NCBI GenBank assembly: GCA_000165345.1
Contig: CM000434.1
Coordinates: forward strand, 704,001 to 768,000
Length of the DNA stretch: 64,000 nucleotides
Direction of reading: 5' to 3'
Positions 55,003-64,000 of this stretch are shown piece after piece. Position 1 is the first letter of the stretch. Each line of letters starts with the position of its first letter. Made by a program: the position numbers and the translations under genes. The notes under the pieces are model-generated. The model was not told the origin of the DNA. It made no database searches and worked only from the letters and a program-made list of their open reading frames with translations.

Positions 55003-55332
55003 GACTGCTCCAAATACTGGAAGAGACCCCTTGTTGAATATGAGAATTAAATCTGAGGCAGATAAATCAAAGTAAGCCATCTATTAGATAGCTTAATTGA
55101 AATAGTTATTATTTGTGAGCAAGCAATAGCATCCATAGAATTTTAAGCTCCGCATTATATTCAGAATGTCTTTCTTTTATATCTATCTCTTTATATAATT
55201 ATGAAATATCTTCCATAATTGTCCCACATATTATTAATTTTGTATTACTACTTAAATCTACCATTCTTCCCTTTGCTTTTTTTTTCCCCTTTTTCATCCA
55301 TATTTTCTTCTATTATAGGTACCTTATTATGT

Positions 55333-55347
55333 TTTGGCGCCAAAATA
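55333..55347. promoter_or_regulatory. E2F-like TTTTGGCGCCAAAAT about 230 bp upstream of gene 55563
   Basis: Seen directly. Confidence 0.45.
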
Positions 55348-55562
55348 ATACATGATCCTGTGAGTAGGAAAAGTGGTTGAAAAGGAAAAATTGAAGAGAA
55401 TTTGTGATTAGGGAAATAAAGTAGCTTCTTATTTTTTTCTTGTAATAATTTTGAGGTTTGAATAATGAAATAGATTTCCCAGATCTTGGATTTTTTTTAT
55501 TATTACAGAAATAAACTTGCAAGTAATTTTGGAAATGAGATTTCAAGTTCTGGGTTGAATAA

Positions 55563-58223
55563 GTGATTGAAAAGACAAAAAAGAAAATTAAAATGAGCTC
55601 TGAAAGAAAACACTGCATTCATGTAATAGCAGCCAAGAAGTTTCTACAAAGCTTCTTAAAGCTCCCTGAGGAAGCTCTAAGAGAGGACTTTGATATATGT
55701 TATAACAATCAATGCAATTCCCAAAATAAGTCTAAAATTGAATACTTTGGGATCCCAAGAAAAGAATGTCAAATACCACACGAATTTGTTGGTATTGGAC
55801 TTAATACTGGAGAAAATGTCCCTTTTGAAATGAAAAAAGTTACTAAAATGAAGAATCCAACAAATAGTAATCAGATTGATAAGTTATTGGGAGATATTGG
55901 TGAGCCTACATATAGAGAAATTGCAGTTCGTCAGGAAGACTCTAGAAAGGCAATTAGAGAGATTTTTACTTTGTCCCATGAGATAGAAAAGGATTTAAGA
56001 GATAATATTACTCATAGATCTCGATCAATAGCTTTTTGTCCAGAATCTGAGTTCAATAACGAAAATGAGTACAATCTAAATTCTGTTGAAGTATCTAATA
56101 ATAGTAATAGATCCAAAATACTCAATTGGTTTAGAGATCAAAAACCAATTTGGGATGAAGAAGACTATTTTGTAAAGAGTGAATTGTTTAGGTCAACCCC
56201 AGACTGGAAAAGACTTGAGACTTATAAAGACCTAATTAGTTGTGAATGGGGATCTGCAAAGGTTTTGATGATTATTCAATTCTGGCAGACTTCTTTAACA
56301 TTTACAGACAGGCTAGTTAATAATAGAGATTCTTCTATTATAGAGTATGTTGGAGGAAATGAAGAGAGTTGTTTACCTTTGAGAATACTAATCAAGTTTG
56401 AAAGAAAAACATTAAAAGATAAAGATAGAGAGAAACCAATTAATGAAACAAAGACTTTACATTTTGAAGAAAAGTTGGAGATGAGACAAATGAAAGATAC
56501 TCAAATTAGTCATGAGACAAGTAAAATAAGAAGAAAGGATCCAAATGAATATAGCTCAAGCTTAGAATCATTATCAGAGGATGAGATCTTAACTAATAAA
56601 GATCATGAGACACAAACCAATCAAATTAATATAAAGTATTTGGAGATGGTCAAGTACATTCAAGGAAAAGACAAATCCAAGGAATTTAAGTTTCTCGAAA
56701 ATAGATTCAAAGATTCAGATAAATCACATTGCTATTTATATATTGAAAATAAAAAAGATTTCTTCCTTAAGCTTCAAACTAAATATGATAAGGAAATTAT
56801 CCATATGATTAAAACATGTATTAAAGGTAGAAAGTATGATAATGAAAATAAGCTTTGGTTGCTTCCAATTGATACAATTTATGAATCAGTTCGTATAGTT
56901 GAATTTCTTGGAGGAACTATTGACAAGAATGTTTTGGCTCTATTAGTAAACGGAAACAAAACAGATTTGGATCATGAACTAATGTTTTCTACAGATGAAC
57001 TGGATAACTGGAAAAATCTGTTACCAAAATCTTCTCAAGGAACATGGTATAGGTTAAGTATTAAATTTCATTTGAACATTTTAAATGAAATATATAGAGG
57101 AAATACTGAAAGGTTCAAAGATCATACATTTAAGCTCACATTTTTTAAAGAGGGAATTGATGAACATTACCATAGTGAGTTAATTAAGACTCTTAGAAAT
57201 AACAAGATTTCAATGAAGTGGGACACAAATGAAAAGAGTTGGAAAATACCGATAGATCAATTCACAAAAGTAATTAGTACATGTAGAGGAAGTCTAGAGT
57301 TTTACTTTTCTAGCATGTTTGACCATATAGTATTTAAACAAGCACAAGAAATGATTAAGAATCCAAACTTTCAAAATAAGAGAAAAGAATATGGATTAAA
57401 TAATTCAATTAAGAAGAAGAGACTGACAGCATCAGAATCAGATGAAGAAGAAACAATAAGAAGTAGCCAAAGGATTAGATATGATGAAGATGATGATGAA
57501 GAAAACATTGATTTAGGAAGAAACGAACAAGCTTTAATTCTAAGCTGTCTTGGGAAAGATGACCATGATAATAGAAGACTTGAGGTAAAAATATCAAATA
57601 TGATTAGAAATATGAAGACTCCTAAACATATTGATAAGATTGAATTTGTGCTTTGGCCTAGGCATTACAAAGACTGGGAATCTATTTCATTTCTAGTATT
57701 ATCAAAAGATTTCATAATGAACGTTTACCATCCAAAACTACTTTTATCTATTGTAAGCAATGTAATGATTGTCTCAGAAGGAATGATTGATTATTTAACA
57801 AAGAAGAATACTTGGCCTGATAATTCATTTGAAACCAAATTCGAACTTGTCAAAGGACTTCCTTCTTTAGAATCTAGACTCTACATTAGCGAAGGGATAT
57901 TTTGTAAAACAAAACTATTTATTGTTGGACCACCAGGAAATAATCATTTCAAATTATGTACTCGTTTAGCTACCTTAGGAAATGCTTCGTTTGTACAAGA
58001 TCCATTATTAGCGGACTATATAATAATTTGTGATGAATCAGACCCAAATGCTTTGAAAATTAAGAAATCAGTACCTAAAAAGCAAGCAAGTAAAGTACAA
58101 AACACACATGGAGAGACTCATTCAATTCAGGTGACTCCAAAATGGGTATATGATGTAGTTTTAGATTTTACCATTATTAAGCCAACTTCCAAACGAAATC
58201 ATAAAGCCTGGATGATTGAGTAA
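55563..58223 (+). CDS. Hypothetical protein (886 aa) with a duplicated W-x-[IL]-P-I-D module and a possible C-terminal BRCT-like region
   Basis: Long ORF (alternative start at 55593 MSSERK). Internal repeats ENKLWLLPIDTIYESVRIV and EKSWKIPIDQFTKVISTC. C-terminal KLFIVGPPGNNHFKLCTRLATLGNASFVQDPLLADYIIICDE is loosely BRCT-like. E2F-like site about 230 bp upstream. Confidence 0.5.
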   Translation: MIEKTKKKIKMSSERKHCIHVIAAKKFLQSFLKLPEEALREDFDICYNNQCNSQNKSKIEYFGIPRKECQIPHEFVGIGLNTGENVPFEMKKVTKMKNPTNSNQIDKLLGDIGEPTYREIAVRQEDSRKAIREIFTLSHEIEKDLRDNITHRSRSIAFCPESEFNNENEYNLNSVEVSNNSNRSKILNWFRDQKPIWDEEDYFVKSELFRSTPDWKRLETYKDLISCEWGSAKVLMIIQFWQTSLTFTDRLVNNRDSSIIEYVGGNEESCLPLRILIKFERKTLKDKDREKPINETKTLHFEEKLEMRQMKDTQISHETSKIRRKDPNEYSSSLESLSEDEILTNKDHETQTNQINIKYLEMVKYIQGKDKSKEFKFLENRFKDSDKSHCYLYIENKKDFFLKLQTKYDKEIIHMIKTCIKGRKYDNENKLWLLPIDTIYESVRIVEFLGGTIDKNVLALLVNGNKTDLDHELMFSTDELDNWKNLLPKSSQGTWYRLSIKFHLNILNEIYRGNTERFKDHTFKLTFFKEGIDEHYHSELIKTLRNNKISMKWDTNEKSWKIPIDQFTKVISTCRGSLEFYFSSMFDHIVFKQAQEMIKNPNFQNKRKEYGLNNSIKKKRLTASESDEEETIRSSQRIRYDEDDDEENIDLGRNEQALILSCLGKDDHDNRRLEVKISNMIRNMKTPKHIDKIEFVLWPRHYKDWESISFLVLSKDFIMNVYHPKLLLSIVSNVMIVSEGMIDYLTKKNTWPDNSFETKFELVKGLPSLESRLYISEGIFCKTKLFIVGPPGNNHFKLCTRLATLGNASFVQDPLLADYIIICDESDPNALKIKKSVPKKQASKVQNTHGETHSIQVTPKWVYDVVLDFTIIKPTSKRNHKAWMIE

Positions 58224-58365
58224 ATGGTGAATATATTAGGTGCAGATGATTAACTTTTTTCCATTTAGTTTATACTTTTGTCCAAAATAAAGCTGATAAA
58301 TTTGACAATTTTTCTTTAACTCAAAAATTTGTTATAAGCATGACTCCTTTTCTAAGATTAGATGA

Positions 58366-58391
58366 CATGTGGCGGGTAAAATTTGGCGCTC
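58366..58391. promoter_or_regulatory. E2F-like CATGTGGCGGGTAAAATTTGGCGCTC about 190 bp upstream of RPN11
   Basis: Seen directly. Confidence 0.45.
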
Positions 58392-58570
58392 TGGGTTGGG
58401 TTATGGGGGTTAAAATGTTTATGTGAGGCTAATAAGTACAAGTAGGGAAATAATAAGAGGAAATTGAAATTTTGTGAATCCTGGGGGGGGGGAAAAAAAT
58501 TAAAGTTAAATAGGTTAAGGAGAGAATTTCTTGACAATATAGAGGAATCAAGGAGTTAGTTTGTAAGCTG

Positions 58571-59536
58571 GTGGTAGGTGAAAAGAAAATGTCAGGGTTT
58601 CAATCAAATATACGTAGTATGTTGGGTAATTTGCATGGATTTGGAGGTTTAATGGCACAAGATCCAGATGCTCCGATACCAGATACATCAGAACAAGTAT
58701 ATATATCATCATTGGCTTTATTAAAGATGTTGAAACATGGAAGAGCAGGTGTTCCAATGGAGGTAATGGGACTTTTGTTGGGAGAATTCATTGATGATTA
58801 TTCAGTACGTGTAGTTGATGTATTTTCAATGCCTCAATCAGGAAATAGTGTCAGTGTAGAAGCAGTAGATCCAGTTTATCAGACGGATATGTTAGAAATG
58901 TTAAAAAGAGTTGGAAGATCAGAATTAGTTGTAGGATGGTATCACTCACATCCAGGTTTTGGTTGCTGGTTTTCAGGCACAGATGTAAGTACTCAGCAAA
59001 GTTTTGAGCAGTTAAACCCCAGAGCAGTGGGTATTGTTGTTGATCCTATTCAATCTGTGAAGGGGAAAGTTGTGATTGATTGTTTTAGATTAATTAGTCC
59101 TCACTCAGTAATTGCAGGTCAGGAGCCTAGACAGACAACTTCAAATATAGGGCATCTCCAAAAACCTTCAATAACAGCTCTAGTTCATGGACTTAATAGA
59201 AATTACTACTCTATTGCTATCAGATACAGAAAGAACCTTCTGGAACAGAAAATGCTTTTGAACCTCCACAAGCCTACATGGAGTGAGCCATTAAGATGTG
59301 ACAAAGAGGAGAATTTTAACGAAAGGAACAATTCAATGATCAAGAGGATTTGTGAAACTAGCAAGCAATATCACGAATCTACCAAGCTTGGGTTATCAAA
59401 AACTTCGGAAGAATTCGAATTAGAAAATGTTGGTAAGATTGATGCCAAGAAAAGGTTGAATGCTGATGTTGAAACAGTTTTAACTGATAATATTCTCCAG
59501 ATTCTTAAATCAAACATCGCTTCTTCCGTATTTTAG
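58571..59536 (+). CDS. RPN11: 26S proteasome lid subunit Rpn11/PSMD14 (JAMM/MPN+ deubiquitinase)
   Basis: [33 protein letters not shown]...[26 protein letters not shown]...[19 protein letters not shown] motif HSHPxxxxxxSxxD is intact. Near-identical to human PSMD14 along the full length. Confidence 0.9.
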   Translation: MVGEKKMSGFQSNIRSMLGNLHGFGGLMAQDPDAPIPDTSEQVYISSLALLKMLKHGRAGVPMEVMGLLLGEFIDDYSVRVVDVFSMPQSGNSVSVEAVDPVYQTDMLEMLKRVGRSELVVGWYHSHPGFGCWFSGTDVSTQQSFEQLNPRAVGIVVDPIQSVKGKVVIDCFRLISPHSVIAGQEPRQTTSNIGHLQKPSITALVHGLNRNYYSIAIRYRKNLLEQKMLLNLHKPTWSEPLRCDKEENFNERNNSMIKRICETSKQYHESTKLGLSKTSEEFELENVGKIDAKKRLNADVETVLTDNILQILKSNIASSVF

Positions 59537-59684
59537 TCATATATTCAATCATAAAACAACACATTTTATTGCATTATTAGCACTTTTTATACACTACATT
59601 AATTTCTCTACTCTTATTATTATTATTTTTTTGCTGTTCTTGTTTTAAATAGTTTATCCACATTGCAGTTATTTTTTTAATTGC

Positions 59685-59725
59685 ATGCATGCAATTCAAT
59701 GTGGACAATACAAATGTTGTATATA
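59685..59725. promoter_or_regulatory. TGCATGCATGCA palindrome plus ATACCGGTAAT element in the spacer upstream of glgB
   Basis: attgcatgcatgcaattcaatgtggacaatacaaatgttgtatataccggtaatgc. Confidence 0.35.
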
Positions 59726-60531
59726 CCGGTAATGCAAAATTTGCAAGTAAATTACGTGTGAAGCAGATGGATAGTGAAAATGGAAGCAACTATTAATTAA
59801 TTATTTAAAATAATGTAATAATTTTTTTTGGGAGAAAGAATTTTTTTTGAGTTGAGAAAATAGTGAAATAAAAGTACCAAAATTAAGGTTAAATAAAATT
59901 AGCAATGATAATATTGTCATAAATATTACGAAAAGTAATATTATAAGTGAAATTTGGAGTGGGAATATTTTAATGGGGAAAAAATCCAATAAATTGAACA
60001 GAAATTTTCAAGGCTCGTAAAAAAGTGTTAACATTTTTTCGATAGTGAGCCCCCCACAGAAATCAATAAATAGGGGGAAAATAAAGAGTGTCTATTAGGC
60101 TTAAAAGATTTATATATTTTTCTCACTGTTAAAATAAAAGTACAAATATAAAAGGAAAGTTGAAAGAATTGAAGAGTTTTTTAACTACCAACTGTTTGTA
60201 TTCTTGTTTAACACGGCCTTAGAGGTGGCAAAGAGGCAGAGAAAATAAGATAGTATTCACACGGGAGAATTTTGTGAAGTGATTCAAGAAAAATAAAGGG
60301 TATAAGGCTTTAAGATATTAATTTTTAGTTAATTGGTTTATATATTATATAATTTATGGAAACATAGTATAATTTGAATACAGGGACTTCAAATACAATC
60401 TAGAGAAGATTTAAAGTGTTTATACAAAACATAATCTTTTTTTTTTGAATATAAAATAGAGATTTATGATCCATTTTTCTTTGAAATACAGATTTTAAAC
60501 GTGATTCCATTGCATGAAAGGCCCGTGAGAA

Positions 60532-63500
60532 ATGTCAACAAGAGGAGTTTTGCAAAAGTATAACATGAAGTCATTGAAAGAACAAAAGATTGACACAACA
60601 TTATCGGGGAAACAAAAGACTGAATGTAAAGTAAAAAGCAGCAGCAAATTTACAGGCGAAGTATTGATAACAAGTAAGAATATATCTAGCCCAACACAGA
60701 GTCTGGAAAAGAGTGATTCACTACCTGTTTCATCAAGTGATAATTCTAGGATTGAAAGTAGTGTTCCAACTGCAGCAAATAGTCCAACTTCATATTCAAG
60801 TTCAATGGCTTCAATTCCAGATGAGCGAGGCGATATTTACGAAGCCTTGGATAGAGTTCCAGATGATGGAAAAATTCTGGACCATGATTTACATCTTTTA
60901 AATAAGGCTTTACATCCTGAACCATTTGGTGTTCTTGGGTATCAAAAGTTTGGTGATGATGGCCAATACGAATATTATGTCGTTAGAGCATGGGTCAGGA
61001 ATGCTAGAAGAATTCAAATAAAAGCAATTGACTATTCATTTTCTTCTATTGGTACTAACAATACGCCTGTTGAAATGGAACAAAGATATATTGATGGTAA
61101 TCCAAGTTGGATGTTTGAGAAAGCTTTTAAAACACTTAAGGAAAAGATACCTACTTGTAGAACCCACTTTTGTGGATATGACGAGAATTTGGAGAATTCT
61201 AATATTGAAAATAAGAGAATTGGAAACCAAAGCAATAAGGATGATTATTCAACCGATAAGTTTTCAGATGTTGGGTCTGAAGCTAATAATAAAGTAAACA
61301 AAAATACGATTGTTTCTAAGAAAAAAGAAATTACTGCCGATTGTAACTCGATTGTGGAAAAAACATATTCTAATGTTATTGTAAATACTCTGAATAAATC
61401 GAAAACCAATTTGGTTCCGAACAAGGAATCGCATAAAGGAAATGAAATGCCTAAGCTTGAATTGAACCAATCAAATTTGATGTCTTCAAATATTCCGAGA
61501 AATAAAAATATTAGAAGTGAAGCATGCAGTTCAGATGAAGCTTGTAATTGTTATGTGCATGACAACATTAACTCTCAAGAGTGTGTGAGAAAATTATATT
61601 ACGAATTGCTTGTTGAATACAATGGAGATGATTCTGGTAAAGTCTATGCTATTAGAGATACCTATTCGTTTGGATTACTACTATCAAATGGTGATATGGA
61701 GCTTTTCCAATCTGGTAGTTGTTGGCATGTCGACAATATTCTAGGTTCCCATATTATTGAATACAATGGAGTAAAAGGGGTAAGGTTCTCAGTTTGGGCC
61801 CCCCATGCCAAATATGTTCGTGTTGTTGGAGACTGGAATTCTTGGGATGGAAGAGTAAATCCCATGCGATTTCGTCATGGCGTTGGAATCTGGGAGTTGT
61901 TTATTCCGCATCTAGGCCCAGGTGAGAAGTATGGATATGAAATACACTCTCAGTCAAACGATGTGTTTGTTAAAATTGATCCATATTCACAAGAATATGA
62001 GGTTCCTCCACGATATGCTTCCATTATTAGTGCTTGTGATGATTCATACAAAGATGAGACTGACCGTTTTCGTTGGGAGGATCAAGAATGGATAAAGAGA
62101 AGAGAGCAATTGGGTTCCAAAGGTGAGATGAGAAGGCAACCTATGTCAATTTACGAGGTTCATCTTCCAAGTTGGATGAGGAGAGAAAATGGAGACTACT
62201 TGGGATATAGAGAGATTGCCGAGAGACTTGTTGAACACGTTAAAAACCTTAACTTTACTCACGTTGAGTTCCTCCCTCTTGCTCAACATCCATTTGAAGG
62301 AAGCTGGGGATATCAAGTAACTGGACAATATGCTCCATATAGTCGTTTAGGTACTCCTGATGATTTTAAATACTTGGTTAACGAGCTTCACAAGGCCAAG
62401 ATTGGAGTCTTTATTGACTTTGTTCCTGCTCATTTTTGCAAGGACGCTTGGGGATTGGTATATTATGATGGAACTCCGACTTACGAATATGGTGATCCAA
62501 GAGAAGGTGAACACAAGCAGTGGGGAACTGCTGTATTCAACTTTAGAAGAAATGAAGTTCGTTCATTCTTGCTTGGAGCTGCTTACCATTGGTTGCGTCG
62601 TTACCATATTGATGGGCTAAGAATTGATGCTGTTAGCTCAATGTTATACAGAAATTACTTAAGACCGAATGGTGAGTGGATCCCCAATGAGTTTGGAGGA
62701 GATGCAAATCTTGAAGCTGTTAGCCTTCTACAAGAGCTTAACTGGGTTATTCATAAGGAATTCCCTGGTGTTTTCACTATGGCTGAGGAAAGTACTGCTT
62801 GGCAGGGAGTTACACACAAGGATGGAGGACTTGGGTTTGATGCTAAATGGGACTTGGGATGGATGAATGATACTCTAAGTTATTTGTACACCCCCCCTGA
62901 TAATAAAAGCAGTAAGCATAATAAGCTTACATTTAGAGGGCTTTACATGTCTCATGAACATTGGGTTTTGCCATTAAGCCACGATGAAGTTGTTAATGGA
63001 AAGGGAAGTTTACTTGATAAGTGTGGATTCACTGGAGCGCCTTATATGGATAGAATTAGGACATTAAAAACGCTATTTGGATATCAGGTTGGAATGCCTG
63101 GCCGTCCTTTGCTTTTCCAAGGGGCTGAAATTGCTCAAGGTAGAGAGTGGAAGGAGAATAGATCTGTTGATTGGCATGAAGGAGAGGAGGACGTGAGAAA
63201 AAAAGTCTGTATTTTCCTAAGCGATTTATTAGCTGTTTACAAGAATAACGTCAGTCTCCATGCTGGAGATGATGAATCTTGGAACTTCCAATGGGTAGAT
63301 TGTGAAAACTCTCAAGATTGTATTATTGCTTTCCTTAGAAAGTACAAAGAATGGTATAACGACGTAGTGGTCGTTTGTAACTTTAGCTCAAGGCGATACA
63401 ATCATTATCCAATTGGAGTTCCTCATGGAAAGGAGTGGCTTGTAATGCTTAATTCGGATGATTGGAAGTATGGAGGAGCAATGTTTGGTCCTGGAAACAA

Positions 63501-63624
63501 CTCCACTGTTCATGCTTCTCACGGAGGGAGAGTTGGCTGGGATTATTGTCTCTGGATTGACATACCCGAGTTCTCTTGTATGTATTTAAAGCCTTTATTT
63601 AATCCTAATGAAAATGATTCATAA
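60532..63624 (+). CDS. glgB: 1,4-alpha-glucan branching enzyme, bacterial GlgB-type (GH13), with a roughly 400-aa low-complexity N-terminal extension
   Basis: From about nt 61730: VRFSVWAPHAKYVRVVGDWNSWDG...GSWGYQVTGQYAP...IDFVPAHF...YYDGTPTYEYGDPREGEHKQWGTAVFNFRRNEVRSFLLGAAYHWLRRYHIDGLRIDAVSSMLY...EWIPNEFGGDANLEA...MAEEST...GGLGFDAKWDLGWMNDTLSY...LPLSHDEVV.GK.S. Collinear with E. coli GlgB at high identity, including the catalytic Asp/Glu/Asp positions. Confidence 0.85.
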   Translation: MSTRGVLQKYNMKSLKEQKIDTTLSGKQKTECKVKSSSKFTGEVLITSKNISSPTQSLEKSDSLPVSSSDNSRIESSVPTAANSPTSYSSSMASIPDERGDIYEALDRVPDDGKILDHDLHLLNKALHPEPFGVLGYQKFGDDGQYEYYVVRAWVRNARRIQIKAIDYSFSSIGTNNTPVEMEQRYIDGNPSWMFEKAFKTLKEKIPTCRTHFCGYDENLENSNIENKRIGNQSNKDDYSTDKFSDVGSEANNKVNKNTIVSKKKEITADCNSIVEKTYSNVIVNTLNKSKTNLVPNKESHKGNEMPKLELNQSNLMSSNIPRNKNIRSEACSSDEACNCYVHDNINSQECVRKLYYELLVEYNGDDSGKVYAIRDTYSFGLLLSNGDMELFQSGSCWHVDNILGSHIIEYNGVKGVRFSVWAPHAKYVRVVGDWNSWDGRVNPMRFRHGVGIWELFIPHLGPGEKYGYEIHSQSNDVFVKIDPYSQEYEVPPRYASIISACDDSYKDETDRFRWEDQEWIKRREQLGSKGEMRRQPMSIYEVHLPSWMRRENGDYLGYREIAERLVEHVKNLNFTHVEFLPLAQHPFEGSWGYQVTGQYAPYSRLGTPDDFKYLVNELHKAKIGVFIDFVPAHFCKDAWGLVYYDGTPTYEYGDPREGEHKQWGTAVFNFRRNEVRSFLLGAAYHWLRRYHIDGLRIDAVSSMLYRNYLRPNGEWIPNEFGGDANLEAVSLLQELNWVIHKEFPGVFTMAEESTAWQGVTHKDGGLGFDAKWDLGWMNDTLSYLYTPPDNKSSKHNKLTFRGLYMSHEHWVLPLSHDEVVNGKGSLLDKCGFTGAPYMDRIRTLKTLFGYQVGMPGRPLLFQGAEIAQGREWKENRSVDWHEGEEDVRKKVCIFLSDLLAVYKNNVSLHAGDDESWNFQWVDCENSQDCIIAFLRKYKEWYNDVVVVCNFSSRRYNHYPIGVPHGKEWLVMLNSDDWKYGGAMFGPGNNSTVHASHGGRVGWDYCLWIDIPEFSCMYLKPLFNPNENDS

Positions 63625-64000
63625 AAGAGAACGTTCAAAGAGAGAGAGAGAGAGAAGAAAAAAAGTAAGCAAAGAGTACTCTTTAACTCCCAGATAAATT
63701 TCATATTTTTGGATATCATATTAGAATTTAAATAATAAACTATTTGGAAATCCTTCTTTCATTTCCACATATTTCTCCCACCACCACCTTAAAAAGAATA
63801 GATAAGACTCGAATTCAAGATATACTCAGTTTCAAGATCTACGCAATTTAAAAATACTACACTTGATCATATATAAAATATTACTTAAATTCCTGAAGAA
63901 CCTAATAAAGAAATTCTACTCTGACATTATATATATCCATATATTAAGTTCAACTGGTGAAATATAATCTTAAAAATAAATCCAGGGAAAATCACCAGGG

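Noticed and set aside
1-64000. Prokaryote-style features (CRISPR arrays, operons, defence islands, transposases, rRNA/tRNA genes)
   Set aside because: None found. Genes have eukaryotic products (ribosomal eS/eL proteins, Rab, proteasome lid, INCENP), spliceosomal GTAAGT...YAG introns and monocistronic spacing. No direct-repeat/spacer arrays or inverted-repeat-bounded elements were seen.

Overview
Read as a gene-dense, AT-rich (about 30% GC) eukaryotic chromosomal segment, most likely from Cryptosporidium or a close apicomplexan relative. Basis for that assignment: an ApiAP2-type DNA-binding domain gene; recurrent E2F-like GGCGCC/GGCGGG and GCATGC motifs in almost every intergenic spacer; mostly intron-less genes with a few short GTAAGT...TTTTAG introns; a bacterial-type glucan branching enzyme. 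I find no prokaryotic operons, CRISPR arrays, rRNA or tRNA genes, or transposons. I call about 27 protein-coding genes on both strands. Genes recognised with high confidence: ribosomal proteins S15 and L4, the latter with three introns (41073-43310); Rab1 (48631-49242); a Nop2/NSUN rRNA methyltransferase (49771-51399); a DEAD-box (DEVD) helicase (45813-47255); proteasome lid subunit Rpn11 (58571-59536); a bacterial-like GlgB branching enzyme (60532-63624). Genes recognised with moderate confidence: a large protein with a Sec7 ARF-GEF domain followed by a TBC Rab-GAP-like domain (26336-30211); an INCENP-like protein with an IN-box (33124-35610); a Rad9-like checkpoint clamp subunit (30778-32235); a Sel1-repeat Hrd3/SEL1L-like membrane protein (36347-38824); the GPI transamidase subunit PIG-T/Gpi16 (51889-53646); a rhodanese plus phosphatase-fold protein that appears to lack the catalytic Cys and resembles MK-STYX (15165-16298); a ZNF706-like mini zinc-finger protein (14655-14891). 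The rest are orphan low-complexity or secreted proteins. Items for a second look: the Sec7-TBC fusion with apparently substituted TBC catalytic fingers; the GlgB of apparent horizontal origin with a roughly 400-aa low-complexity extension; the pseudophosphatase; an 18-bp coding tandem repeat in the ApiAP2 gene; a recurrent ATACCGGTA palindrome in promoters; a 64-nt homopurine tract in a 2.65-kb ORF-free divergent spacer; several short introns and one small two-exon secreted-peptide gene that the ORF track misses. All functional assignments are from reading the translated sequence without database searches.
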